Shown here: positions 1 to 11,978 of the stretch, in pieces
Numbering within the stretch: the stretch's first letter is position 1
Layout: each line of letters opens with the position of its first letter
Origin: Neodothiora populina
Lineage: Eukaryota
DNA length: 64,000 nucleotides
Direction: 5' to 3'
Assembly: GCF_041146345.1 (NCBI RefSeq)
Contig: NW_027191405.1
Coordinates: forward strand, 62,001-126,000
Program-made: the position numbers and the translations under genes
The notes under the pieces: generated by a model
Told to the model about the DNA's origin: nothing
What the model saw: only the letters and a program-made list of their open reading frames with translations
The model's database searches: none

Positions 1-903
1 GTACGGTGAATCAAAGGCCGCAAACAGTGGCCTCAATCGCACTTCGTGGACTTGAGCAGATCAATCCTCCTCGACATACCGTTGTCTAAGAAGCAGAACC
101 TGAAGTTCCAAGAAAAGGATAGCGGCATCGGAGCGAATTGCAAAATCGGCCCATTCTGTTATGACCATCATTCGCCCGCAGAGTTTGATGCCAGCCTGTA
201 CCCAATGATGGCCGATCTCTTCGCTAGACGTTGCATTGCAGCGGTGTTTGACGAGAAACACCTGCGGGTTCTAAACAATCCGCCGATGCGGTGTGGTGCT
301 ATACTTTAGCGTATTGCATCGGCCAAGACGGCAAACGCGATTATCAGTTCGTCTGATTATTTTTCATCAGTCAAAGCGCCAACACATTGCGCTAAGCGAT
401 GTCGTTATGTAATCCACGTGCCCCACTTAGGCAGAGCACAGTACAACGAAGATCTTCAACAATAAAGGCAGCAGCAATGTGCAGCTAATCGCAAAGACCA
501 CCGCGGTCCCTGTCGATACAGTATCTGCTATACCTATTAGGCAAAGTATTGTAGAGCGGAGATCCTCGATGGCATCATCGCAACAATACTCTTGCCGAGC
601 TTACGTCAAGCAGTGAACCGACAAGCAACGTGATGTTCGGAACATTAGCGGTAGCAGACAGCTCTGACATTTGTGTGACTCGGTATTGCACATTGATAGT
701 CCATCAAACATCGTATCGGTAACCGGGTGTATCATGCCGCATCATCATTGCACCGACTGGAGAGCGCTGCCGGTAGGAAGTATTGGGCTACGTCGATCAA
801 TCACATGAAATGAAAGGTAATTCATAGGTAAAGCTTTCAATCTTGTGATTCATTTTTATTCATTGTGATTTTGCTTTGGTCTTTCCTCCCATCACATTTC
901 AAG

Positions 904-2295
904 ATGTTCAGCCCGACGGTGCCATCGACGTTGTGCCTTCCGCATCCATATCTCACAAGTTATCGTGTCGAGCCGTCCACAAAAGCGAAAGCCACCGACC
1001 AATACTCGTGGCTGAGGATATCTCACTCTGCGGCAGACACGCCCTCGCAAGGGAGGCCGTTATCTGCACCCTTACATGGTGACATAGAGTTTACGCTTCC
1101 ACAAGATCCAGAAGACAACGACAGCGCGCCACCACTGGCAAACAACACCTTTTGGGCGCGCATTCGAAGGAGTCCGGCAGCGGTCATCAGATGGGACAGG
1201 GAAAATGTGAATCTCGGCCATTTGTGGTTGCTTATATATGCCACTTTCACTCTGAGGCCAGATAATGAATATTATCGTCTTGTCATGCAGGATGCAAAGA
1301 GCGAGGATCTTGCAGAAGAATTAAAGACTGTAGGCCTCGCGATCCAGCATCCTGTGGCGGCAGACTCCTCAGATGAGGGGAGCAAAGAGCTAGTAGTCAT
1401 ACGTAGCACATTCTGGCAAGGAGCCGGGTCTCCGTTCGGCGCAAGGCCAGCGTGGGCACCAGATACAACAACTGTGAAGACCACGAAGAGACCGCTCGCC
1501 GCATATCCCGTGCTACCGACAGACTACACGTTGAGCACTAGATTTCCAAAGGCAAACATCCATGCCTTTCACCCTCGTAGACCCCAAAAGCCTACGCCTG
1601 GAGAAGTCATATACTCTAGATACATCCCGCACCTTGGCGAGAACTTCAACGTGATTGCGTTGGACTACCATAATCCGGAGCATCTCAATCTCTTCCACAC
1701 GTGGCAGAACGATCCTCGTGTATCAGCAGGATGGAACGAGACAGGCACGCTGGAGGAACACAGACATTATCTTCGCACACTGCACGAAGACCCGCACACC
1801 TTGACAGTGCTCGCGAGATTCGACGACAACTTCTTTGCCTACTACGAGATCTATTGGGCCAAGGTTAGTGTTTTCCAGGAGACATTCAATACCGAAGTAA
1901 TTTGCAGCTGATCAGAATCATAGGAGGATCATTTCGGAGTCTACTGCGACGCAGGCGACTTCGATCGCGGCCGCCACTGTCTAGTCGGAAACGACCGCTT
2001 CCGCGGCGCCCACAGAGTCAGTATCTGGTGGTCGAGTCTGATGCACTACATGTTCCTCGACGAGCCGCGGACCATGGCCGCGGTCGGCGAGCCCAAATTT
2101 ACAAACACAACGGTCATCTCCTACGATCTCATGTGCGGCTTCGGCGTGCAGAAGTTCGTGGATCTGCCGCACAAGCGATCTGCGTTCGTCAGGTGCTCGC
2201 GTGAGCGATTCTTCCAGATCTGCCCGCTGCATTATAATGGGGATAGACGAGTCGGAGGAACTGGAATTGAGTTGTTCGCGAAGGCGAAACTATAG
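904..2295 (+). CDS. sidF: Siderophore N5-hydroxyornithine acyltransferase (SidF-like, AlcB/IucB GNAT), peroxisomal
   Basis: ATG 904; intron 1864-1923 (GTTAGT..TAG) joins YEIYWAK|EDHFG..DRGRH; motifs HPRRP-KP, YSRYIP, WQNDPRV..GW, LDEPRT, DLPHKR; C-terminal AKL PTS1. Confidence 0.85.
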
Positions 2296-2643
2296 ATGAT
2301 TTTTCTTGTTGTGCGGTTCAATGAGCCTCTGTCGGTATATACTGAATCCTAAAAGTCGGTTGTGTCTGTATACCACCGAATCTCGGAAACGGCCCCATAA
2401 CAAGTCAAATTTTGATGCCCTGCGATACGTGCATTTTTCAGCAGTGACAAAAAGATCACAATGAGCGGCTATCCGGGTACTCTCAACGACAGTGCAAGAT
2501 ATAAGTAGGCAGTCCACGTCCTCGAAGATCAGGTAAAACCCTCCAAGAACTTTTCTTCATCCATCTTCAACCTCTCCACAGCGGGCGACCACCAGCTTCG
2601 CTCAAGGCTTGGCGCAATCAAATAACAGCATCTCAAACACAAC

Positions 2644-3831
2644 ATGTCGAAGACAATCTACCAATACGAGCCCAAACCAGCAGCATGGCTAAAGCGAGAC
2701 ATTCTGTTATTCGCAAACAGCATAGGCTGCACAGCAGCCGAAATGCATTATCTCTACGTGCGTCAACTATCGAGTCCGACACAAGCCGGCATCCACGATT
2801 CGGTTCAATGGAGCATGCATGATTCTGACAGCCAAGGCAGGAACTGCATCCCGATTTCGCCGCATTTCCGGCCTATCCGTTGATGCTGACGTTCAAGCAC
2901 GACTCGTCCGACGTTGTGGACTTTAAAGACCATTTCGGGCGGTTCCTGACGCCGCCGCCGGCGATCCCTGCGTTGCCTGATCTGCCTGCGCTAGATAGCG
3001 ATAGAGTGGTTGATGGAGAGCGAGCGATTGAGATTATCAGACCCTTGCCGGTGTCTAGTCAGGGCCGGACGTTCGAGATCAGGAGCTCCGTTATTGGCGT
3101 TTGGGACAAGGCGATTAAAGCTACGGTGATTGAGACGGAGCATCTTATTGTGGAGACTGGGGTTGAGGATACGTTATTCACGAGGATGACCGAGATTGCG
3201 TTTTATATGGGGCAGGGAGGCTGGGGTGGACCGAATGGTAAGTCTTTGGTTTTTGGAGAAATGTGGGTATTGTTGTGCTATTTCTGACGTGTGCAAAGGT
3301 CCTTCAACGGCTATACCGAAGCCAGCGCCAGAGGAACGACCTTTCGCAACACTTACGCACGACATCGGCCCCACTGCGCATTTACTCTATCGCTTGAACG
3401 GCGACTTGTAAGCTCGCACTACTATAACTGTAAAGCCTTGATCTCGAGGATATGTACACTGACGACATGCAAGTAACCCACTACACGCGACAGAATGTCC
3501 GAACGCAATCGTTCAGCCGACACCGATCATGCACGGCCTGTATAGCTGGAACACAGTCTGTCACAGCATCCTCGAGAAGCTGTGCAAGAGTGATCCGCGG
3601 GCACTGAAGTCATTCCGAGCAAGGTTCACAAGTCCGGTCCGTCCTGGTGATACCCTGATCACGGACGTTTGGATCTGCGGCATGGTGGACGACGTGTCTG
3701 ACAATACGCACGGAGACGGATGGAGAGAGGTGCGATTCACAACTAGGGTCAAAGGTGGCAAGGTCTGTTTGACGAATGGATCGGCCGTGGTGAGGCTGGC
3801 GGGTGGTACGAAGCCGACTAGTAAGCTATGA
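2644..3831 (+). CDS. Peroxisomal MaoC/hot-dog-fold (R)-enoyl-CoA hydratase/dehydratase
   Basis: Exons 2644-2757, 2841-3237, 3299-3407, 3474-3831; spliced hydratase-2 motif YRLNGDFNPLH..IMHGL; RFTSPVRPGD; C-terminal SKL. Confidence 0.85.
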
Positions 3832-4604
3832 GACACACCGTGATATGTCACGCCGAAGAACAAGATCCTGAACGGATACAGCATTGTTGTCGGCGCGCTT
3901 CAAAGATTGAGTCACTCCCTCGGATCTACAGAAGAGGTACCGGAGGCTAGCAGGTGTAGATCGATCTCATGGACCGGTAAGACACTCCAACAAAGGTTGT
4001 GACTATCGGCGACATGATCGACGAGGACGGATCTCCAAGCGGGGCCCATATATCATTACCTAGAGTAGTGATAGACTTGATCTTACCGTGTGATCGTCTC
4101 ATATGTACATGCAAGACAACACAATTGTAGCTGTGGACTGTGGCAGTGGGGTTGGTGTCAGATTATTTCTGGATGCAGGAAGAGGAGCAAGGTGAAACAA
4201 CAACCCCCAGGTCTTCGCGACATCAATGCAAAGGATAGCACGCAGATCAAGCTGTATGGCCGAGGTCGCTTGCGGCCAAAGCTTGCGTTTATTTTTGGCT
4301 GACGTTGTGTAACCAGTAAGCATGAACGGATAAGACTGTGATTCGTCAGATAAGCTTCTAATATATCTCAGTGCAGCAATATTTGTATGCAAGAAGATCC
4401 GATGTGGTGTGTTGTTTCGTGTATCAATATAACGAGGCTGAGTTAGCTACGTGGGTCGATGTATATAATATCGTCTCGCGCCTCACCCCAGATGACTTGG
4501 ATTTGTCCCGGATTCTTGATCTTCGAGACCCCGGAATATAAAGTCCTGCAAAATTCCAATATCTGGATAAATTGATCCCAGCTCGCAAGCACAGACAGAT
4601 CATC

Positions 4605-5984
4605 ATGGACAGAAAGCATGGAATCAACAAGGCTGACAGTGTTGCAAGCCGCCAGGCCGACAAAATAATCATCGTTGGAGCAGGTATATAGACACTCAGA
4701 ACAAAGTGGAGACAGTCGTTGATCCTTCTTGCAGGTGCTACTGGTCTGGCTCTTGCTCAGGGTCTCAAAAAGGTACGGTGAATGCTTGTTCCCTGGGGTA
4801 AAGGCTAAAAATATGTCAGGTTGGGATCCCTTATATCGTGTACGAAGAATCCAGGATTGAACATCGAAAGAAATTGGAGTATGGGGGCTCATTGGGGCAT
4901 TCCAGCCCTACAACAGCTGTTGGCCGAAGACGTTTTCGCCAGATTGGAAACTACGCAGGTGGATCCCAGATGGAGGGGGATGCAGTCGGATCGGCTTATC
5001 CTACGCAATGGTGCTACCGGGGATCTCCTCAAGGAAGTTGACTCATCTAAAATCTATCGAGTCCGGCGTGACAAGTTCCGCGCGTTGCTCGCTACCGATA
5101 TCGACACTTCTTGGGGCAAAGAATTGGTGGACATCCGATACTCGCTGGATGGGGCTGAGGTCACTGCTTGTCTCGCGGATGGAGTCGAAGATACCGGGAA
5201 TTTAGTGATTGGCACTGATGGCCCTCATTCGGTGGTTCGAAGCTCATTGGTTGGTGAGGAAGTTGCAAAGGTCGTCCCAATCGACTATGCTACAACAATG
5301 TGTTTCACCCGACACACTCGTGAACATGCACTTTTCCTCCGTGCTCCTCCGCATCATCCTCTCTACCAATCTGCGGCCCATCCCAATGGGACATTCAGTT
5401 GGATGAGTGTGCACGATGCAGAGGATCCAGACAGACCGGAGGATTGGACATTCTTCAACTATGTGTCGTGGAAGGAACCGAGGGACCACATCAACCACAG
5501 GACCAATGCTGAACACGTTGCGCATCAGAAATCGTTGGCGAAACACTTCGTCGACCCGTGGAAGAGTGTGTTCGAATGGTTGCCAGACGACCATCCGGTG
5601 AGGTACAGCAAGCTACGTCATTGGGATCCTCGTGGCCATCAGTGGGACAACAGAGATGGCCGCACAACAGTGGGTGGAGACGCGGCGCATCCAATGACGT
5701 TCCAGCGAGGTCAAGGCCTGAACCACGCACTGAGAGACGCCCTGGAGCTGTTCAAGGCCATCCAGAAATTTTGGACTGAGGATGAAGTGCTGTTGCAGGA
5801 GCGAAGCAAAGCCATCGCCGCTTATGAACGTGAGATGATAGAACGGGCTGGTAAGGAAGTGGAGTTGAGTGCATCGAACAGTGTTTCGATGCACAATTTC
5901 GGGATGGTGATGGAGAGTGTCATGGTCGAACACGGTATGAATCTGACGACCAAGGATGTGGCCAGGGTTTCCCGCCGTATGTAA
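4605..5984 (+). CDS. FAD-dependent monooxygenase (aromatic hydroxylase-like), frameshifted near 4844
   Basis: Introns 4684-4734 and 4773-4819 give IIIVGAGATGLALAQGLKK (GxGxxG); DG motif (IGTDGPHS) and GDAAHPM..RGQG; exon 3 starts out of frame with the 4821-5984 ORF. Confidence 0.8.
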
Positions 5985-6095
5985 GCCCACATTGGAGAAT
6001 TGCAACGCTCACTTTCACCTACATCCCTGTACTCAATAACGACAACAAAAGGCCCCATTGCGAAACTTTGAACACATCTCTATCTGCTGCACAGA

Positions 6096-7030
6096 CTACC
6101 TCGGTACTCCAAGCTGGCTTAGTGAATTTGTCAGTCCTAGTCGTACCCAATTTTGAACCTCATTGTCTGTGGCGACGGCGATCACTCCTAGCATGCCCAG
6201 TGCGTTGGCTCCGGCTTCCTTATTGATTGCGGCTTGTCGTCTCGATATCACAATCATCCATCGTTTGGAGAGAATCATGTTGTGCGGGCACGCAGCGGCC
6301 GGGCTTGTAATATCAGTATAGACACGGAAAGACTCGCTTGCTCGAGTGGCCTGCTCTACAAGATCGCTGTACACTGTTGATAAGTAGATTGAGGTGATCG
6401 GTGCAGAATCGAAGCGGTGATAGAACCATTGGAATGGCACATCAGGCTCCCTGGCGTTATCGGCATCGAGGAAAGCGGCAAATGACTTTGCAGGCTTTGG
6501 TATAAGCTGCATGTGCTTATGCAAACGACTGCATCCGCTGTCCTTGGCGCAATTGAAGAAGGCGAGATAGTCACGATCAAATGTGCTTAACAGGGTCCAC
6601 ATTGCTTCGAGGTCGTTGTTGTACAGAGGCTCGTACTGGCGTTTGTACGCGTCTGATGTCAGAAGCATAAGATGTGGTCGTGCATAGCAGAATTTGTTTA
6701 CTGCTACGTAGTGGTCGCTACCAATATTGCCGACCTCGAAGCCTTCGGTGCTGATGTCGCTTCCGGGTCGCAACTTGGGTTTGACCATATTTTCATCACC
6801 CGCCTGGGAGCGTGGAGTTTTGATGGTTGTTTTGTTAGCAAGAGCGGAGGTCACGAGGAAGTGGAACTGGGAGCGTGAGTGGTGAGATCTGCACGATGTT
6901 CTATGACATGCCGTGTGCTGACCTCGAGGTCTCCATCAATGTAAGCGAAGTCTCTTTGCTGACGGTCGTACAGAACCTTGCCGGACTCGACAAGGTTGTC
7001 GAATCTGGACAGTATATCTTGCTCATCCAT
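6096..7030 (-). CDS. Ap4A phosphorylase / ATP adenylyltransferase (Apa1/2 family)
   Basis: Exon 1 7030-6923, intron, exon 2 6867-6096; NKF..RPHLMLLT, FFNC..SGCS and HKHMQ (HxHxQ) motif, NALGMLG. Confidence 0.85.
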
Positions 7031-7392
7031 GACAGCCGAATGGGAGTGATGTATCAGAGCAGCTGTAAGATGATGATGACAGGAAGGAGCGGTCTATTTC
7101 CAAGGGCCATTGACAGAGGTGGCCAGATCTAATTAATGCACCTTCCGCATACAGAAGTCGGCCATTCTCGCACCGTGCCGTGAGTGCAGACTGCCTTGCA
7201 TACAACCACGATGATTGAATTCCATTGCGACACTCGTCAAACCAAGTCAATCAACAAGGCAAGGTAGGCTTGACTCTGACAGACAATAATAGGTGACCAA
7301 ATGGTAAGGTACCTTAAGGTGGTAATCAAAGGTAGCCTTGCAGTAGTTCGGGGTTAAGGCAGGGCAGCACCCCGCGCGGAACCCCTTGCGTT

Positions 7393-7399
7393 TGACTCA
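7393..7399 (+). promoter_or_regulatory. Gcn4/CpcA (AP-1) response element TGACTCA upstream of the bZIP gene
   Basis: Perfect TTGACTCAT; a second TGACTC lies near 7271. Confidence 0.5.
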
Positions 7400-7439
7400 T
7401 GGTTTGACTGTGTTTGCTTGTGTTTGAGTAATTTATTTA

Positions 7440-8240
7440 TTGGATCATTATTCCAGGCAGCAGCAGCTCACCTTCTCTTCTCTTCCTTCTACTTCACAAC
7501 CTAATCCACCCTCTTGTTACATCAATCGATTCTCTCCGGGTCGTCTAGGCCCGCGATACACTATACAGTCATGGCCGCAAGCGCTTGTTCATCCGCAGCA
7601 GCTGCAATCCAGACCCCAACCGCCTTCTTCCAGCCCCAGCAGCGCATCACCACACGCAAACCTCTATAGTCAAGACCCATTTCTTCCTTACTGCGACCCT
7701 GTCCTCTTCGAATCAGATGCTCAACACTCATACAACCCCCTGGACGCCTTTGATTGCAACCTTCAGAGCTACGTCGATGCCGCTCAGCCTCACCACTCGC
7801 TTCCCACCGCCAGCAGCGCCGACTCTTACAATCACAATCATCCCGCCCTGTCACCAGCTCTCAATGAACATAATCCCTGGGCTCCGGGCCCCTCCCAAGT
7901 CGTGGATTCCAACAGCGACGCCTTTGACGGATCCCTCACGGACCCCATCACTCCCGCTTCCACTCTGGCTCCCCTCGAGTCCGGCCTGAGCAGAAAGCCG
8001 CCGGCTACAAAGAGACCCGAGTCAAAAACATCCGAGTCCAAGTCTCGTGTGGAGAAACGCAAGGCGAATACCCTCGCCGCTCGTCGATACCGTCAGGCTC
8101 GGGTCGATAAGATGGCCGAGTTGGAGGCGGAATTCAAGGCGACGCGTGAGGAGAGAGACGCTCTAAGGATGCAAGTGGCGAGACTGCAAGGCGAGACGCA
8201 GATACTGAAGGACATGATACGCCGTCCTGCTGCACAATGA
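7440..8240 (+). CDS. bZIP transcription factor, JlbA/IDI-4/Gcn4-like; start codon uncertain
   Basis: Basic region KRKANTLAARRYRQ followed by a heptad zipper; first in-frame ATG is only at 8112. Confidence 0.8.
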   Translation: MDHYSRQQQLTFSSLPSTSQPNPPSCYINRFSPGRLGPRYTIQSWPQALVHPQQLQSRPQPPSSSPSSASPHANLYSQDPFLPYCDPVLFESDAQHSYNPLDAFDCNLQSYVDAAQPHHSLPTASSADSYNHNHPALSPALNEHNPWAPGPSQVVDSNSDAFDGSLTDPITPASTLAPLESGLSRKPPATKRPESKTSESKSRVEKRKANTLAARRYRQARVDKMAELEAEFKATREERDALRMQVARLQGETQILKDMIRRPAAQ

Positions 8241-9681
8241 ATTCGAGTTCCGTTAGCCCATATTCTGTAACATCCTCCATGCAACAAATGGTAATTCGAG
8301 ACATGTCATGTGCGACAGGCGATGTCGGTCAGTGTGATCATTAGTATTAACATAATTCACTTCGGCAAAATAGTTCTCGTCACGGCAACATAGGTTTAGG
8401 CAGCGAGAGAAAGAGAGGCTCACACTCATTATTATCAATGTCACTCTTGTGCCATCGGCATTTTCTGCCACGAACCATCCCTCGACGGTAGACCATAACT
8501 GTTGTGCGAATGCTTTGAGTTCCATATACTACGTAGGCTGTCTTGCAACACTTCTTATATACGCCATCACCTTCCATCACCTCTGCTGCTATTCCTCCAT
8601 TGGGATCGGTGTAGTATTGCTGTGCCCACCACCTCGGCGTCATACATGGTCGACTCTGAATCACCCACGATCAAGATGATTAGACCACGCTCAGAATGAG
8701 TCGAATGCGGGACCGGAGAGCACAAATCTGTTCGCTACATGTACGTAGATGATAATGACATTACTACTGCGGTAATGTGGTACTGAGACTCCGGCCTCAC
8801 TGCCTTGTTTCCGACGCCAAGACCCTCTTGCTCAGAATGAGTCGGAAAGTCGAGATCTGATTGGCTAGGTAGTAGGTGAGCATCACCTCAACCTACCTTC
8901 TGCTGTCAAGGTACCTTACCTTGCGCATTACTGTGAAACGAGAGGAAGCGATATACTGCCTGGTCGTACGTAGTGAGGTGCTGATCTGGATCCGGTGATG
9001 CGGCGCCAAGAACTGATCGATCATCTTGGTACAAGTTTACAAGTGGTACAGCATCGGGATTTCTGCCAGAATTCTCCGAAGACTTCCTTCCTTCGTCACT
9101 GGACAGGGCAGGCAAACCGTCAGGGTGTGCACCAAGACAAGGCAGTCGTGCGCGTCTTCATATAATTCATCATTTCATCCTGACCGACCACACTGCAGTT
9201 GTGGTCAAATCAGTATCGTACAGTATTGTGACCACTGCTTCTATAGGGTGTGACAAGAAACATGATCCGATTAACTTTGTGTTGCACCCGGGCTCATGTT
9301 TGGGGATAATTTGACGCATCGACCTCGTCATATATGGGATCTGTGATCTTTCGTCCGACTGATTGAATTTTTCGGTCTTTTGCGAGGGAGAAAAGATTCA
9401 GCTCCTAGCTACTTTGCGTTCATCTATACAGTCAAGAGAACAGACAGAACCGTTATCGTCTCCGTCCGGACTATATTAATAAGATCCATATCTTCTACTC
9501 CTCCGTCAGACAATCGCTTGTCTGATCCTTCCCCTCGCATCAACAACAAAAGGTATCTCAAATAATAAAAAGATAAAACTTTTCTAGTACAGCTAGCTAG
9601 CTAGCGAGCGGTTTCTATCCTGCCCCGGCGACAGAATCATGATCCTAAACAAACAACGACCACGACAACCAAGAAACAAAT

Positions 9682-11516
9682 CTACTCGACCGACTCGGTT
9701 TGGCGTTTCTTGATGCCGAACATCTGCAGCGTCTCCTGCCAGAAGCCAACATCATTGACGTCGAGAGTCGCCTCATGGGCATCGACGAGCGGACGCTCCC
9801 ACACCAAATCCGCCTCGTGCGGCTTGACGACCGGCGAGCGCTTGATGAGTTTCCATCCGATGTACAGCACAGGGCTGACGAAGCACATGGTGTAGTAGGA
9901 AAGGAAAGTACCGACGTCCCACCAACCCGGCAGGAAAGTCGAGTAGCCGTACATGCAGACGGTGAAGATCATGGCACAGAGCGCGAAGATGGCGCACCAC
10001 GGCTGCCACCAGCCCTTGTAGGGCAGGTCGTCCCGGGACATGCCCTGGACTTTGAGAGCGCGGTAGAAGAATAGGTACACGACGCACATGCCGATGTAAT
10101 CGATGAGCTGCGCGGCTTCGGTCAAGTTGGCTAGCCAGGTGATGACTTGGGCGCTGCCGCTGCCGATGGCCAGGAATGAGAGGAAAGGGAAGATCATGGT
10201 GATGCAAAAGCAGTAGATCGGCACACCCTTCTTTGTGCACTTGCGCAGGAACTTGGGCGCGTGGCCGTCTAGAGACAGAGAGTACAGAGTACGCGATGCG
10301 CAGTACACATACGAGTTACCAGCGGAGAAAATAGACGTGACGAGGAGGGCATTGGTGATGTGAGGGAGGACGCCGATGCCGAGGTTCTGCATGGCGATAA
10401 CGAAAGGAGAAGCAGCACCAGTTCCGGAGCCGGTCGAGTCGCCGTTGAGGACGGCATTCAGCTTGGGATCATTGTAAGGGATCACGATACCGCAGCAGAG
10501 AGCACCGCCGATGAAGAAGATCCCGAAGCGCCAGTAAGTCGTCTTGAAGGCGCTCTTGAGCGTCTTGCGGGGGTTGATGGCTTCTCCCGCCATCATCGAG
10601 ATGTACTCGGGTCCGACAATGGTGAAAGCAGCTTGCCAGAGTGCAGCAAGGAGTCCTTCGAATCTGCCCAAAGATCCGGTTGTCACGTATTCGGCGAATG
10701 CACCGGGCTTGTTCCAATACCTAAACCCATACGCGTCGTGTTTCGGATTGCCACCGACCACTGGAAGGCCGATATCAGCACACAGTGTCCTGGTGTGGCT
10801 ACCTTGTAGCCATTTCTGGCTTAAGGGCACGATTTGCTTGAAGGCAAGACTTACTGGTAATGAAGGTGAAGCAAAACACAATGCCAATAAGGATGACTTT
10901 TCCGGTCGAAAGCCAAAACTCACTCTCACCGTAGTACTTGACAGCGAAGAGATTGATCAGTCGAATTCAGTATCAGTACCTTGAATCTTACATATAGCAC
11001 ATGATCCAAGGCTCACCCGTAGAGGACAATGCACCCGGCACAAACAGCTGCGATCGGAATGTCGTCTCTCCAGAACGTAAGGACTAGATTCAGCGCTGAG
11101 ATCTCCCAAGGGATGAGTACAGCCTCGTAGAGGAAGAAATTCCAGCCAAGCATGAAACCAAACGACTCGTCGACCCATTTTGAACCCATACGGATCCATC
11201 CACCACTCACGGGCATGAACACGGCCATCTCGGCCATGCAATTATTGACACAGCCGAGGAAGATGCTGTACATTGTGAAGGCGATGAGCAAGCTCGCCGG
11301 CCCACCCTCAATGAGACCGTACCCGATACTGACGAACAGCGCGGTGCCGATCGAGCCACCGATGGCTATCATCTGCATCTGGCGGGAGCTCAAGTGACGC
11401 TTCAGGTCGCTGGTGACTCCGACATCGTGGTCGCCGCTCGGAGAGTCGTTGACCTCGTATTGCTCCTTGTCGATGCCGGTCTGGCCGAAGACAGCCTCGT
11501 GCTTCGGATCGGCCAT
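9682..11516 (-). CDS. Amino-acid permease (APC/YAT family; Agp2/proline permease-like)
   Basis: LKRHLSSRQMQMIAIGGSIGTALF; middle exon 10961-10855 LINLFAVKYYGESEFW; GPEYISMMAGE; LPYKGWWQP; two introns, the first with an abnormal acceptor. Confidence 0.9.
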
Positions 11517-11978
11517 GTTTGGCTGATGGGTTAGTCTCCGATTGATTCAGACGACGAGCATCAGATGTAGCAAGAATGACGACGCTTAGGCGTGCAAAAC
11601 TGATTGGCTCTTGCTGCAGATAGAAACGCTTCGGATATATTAGAGCAATCACGAAACAGAGGATAACACGCCGTGTTTTTCGACTCAAGGCAACTCAAAC
11701 CGGTAAACACTCAGAATGGAGGCGTGACATCACGCACGGCTTCCCATGAATACATATACTGAGTGATAAACATGGGTAAAACAGGCAAATCCATATTGGT
11801 TGTTCTAGACCCAGACCCAAGCGAACGATAATCGACTTCTTGCCCTATCAGCGACAAGCAGTATGTCGCAGCTTTGCACACGATAGACATGCGTCCGGAT
11901 AAGCCTTAATCAGCCTTTTGCCGCCTCGGTGTTGATCCCGTCACATGGTCTCACGACAGACTTGAACCTACTTGTCTG

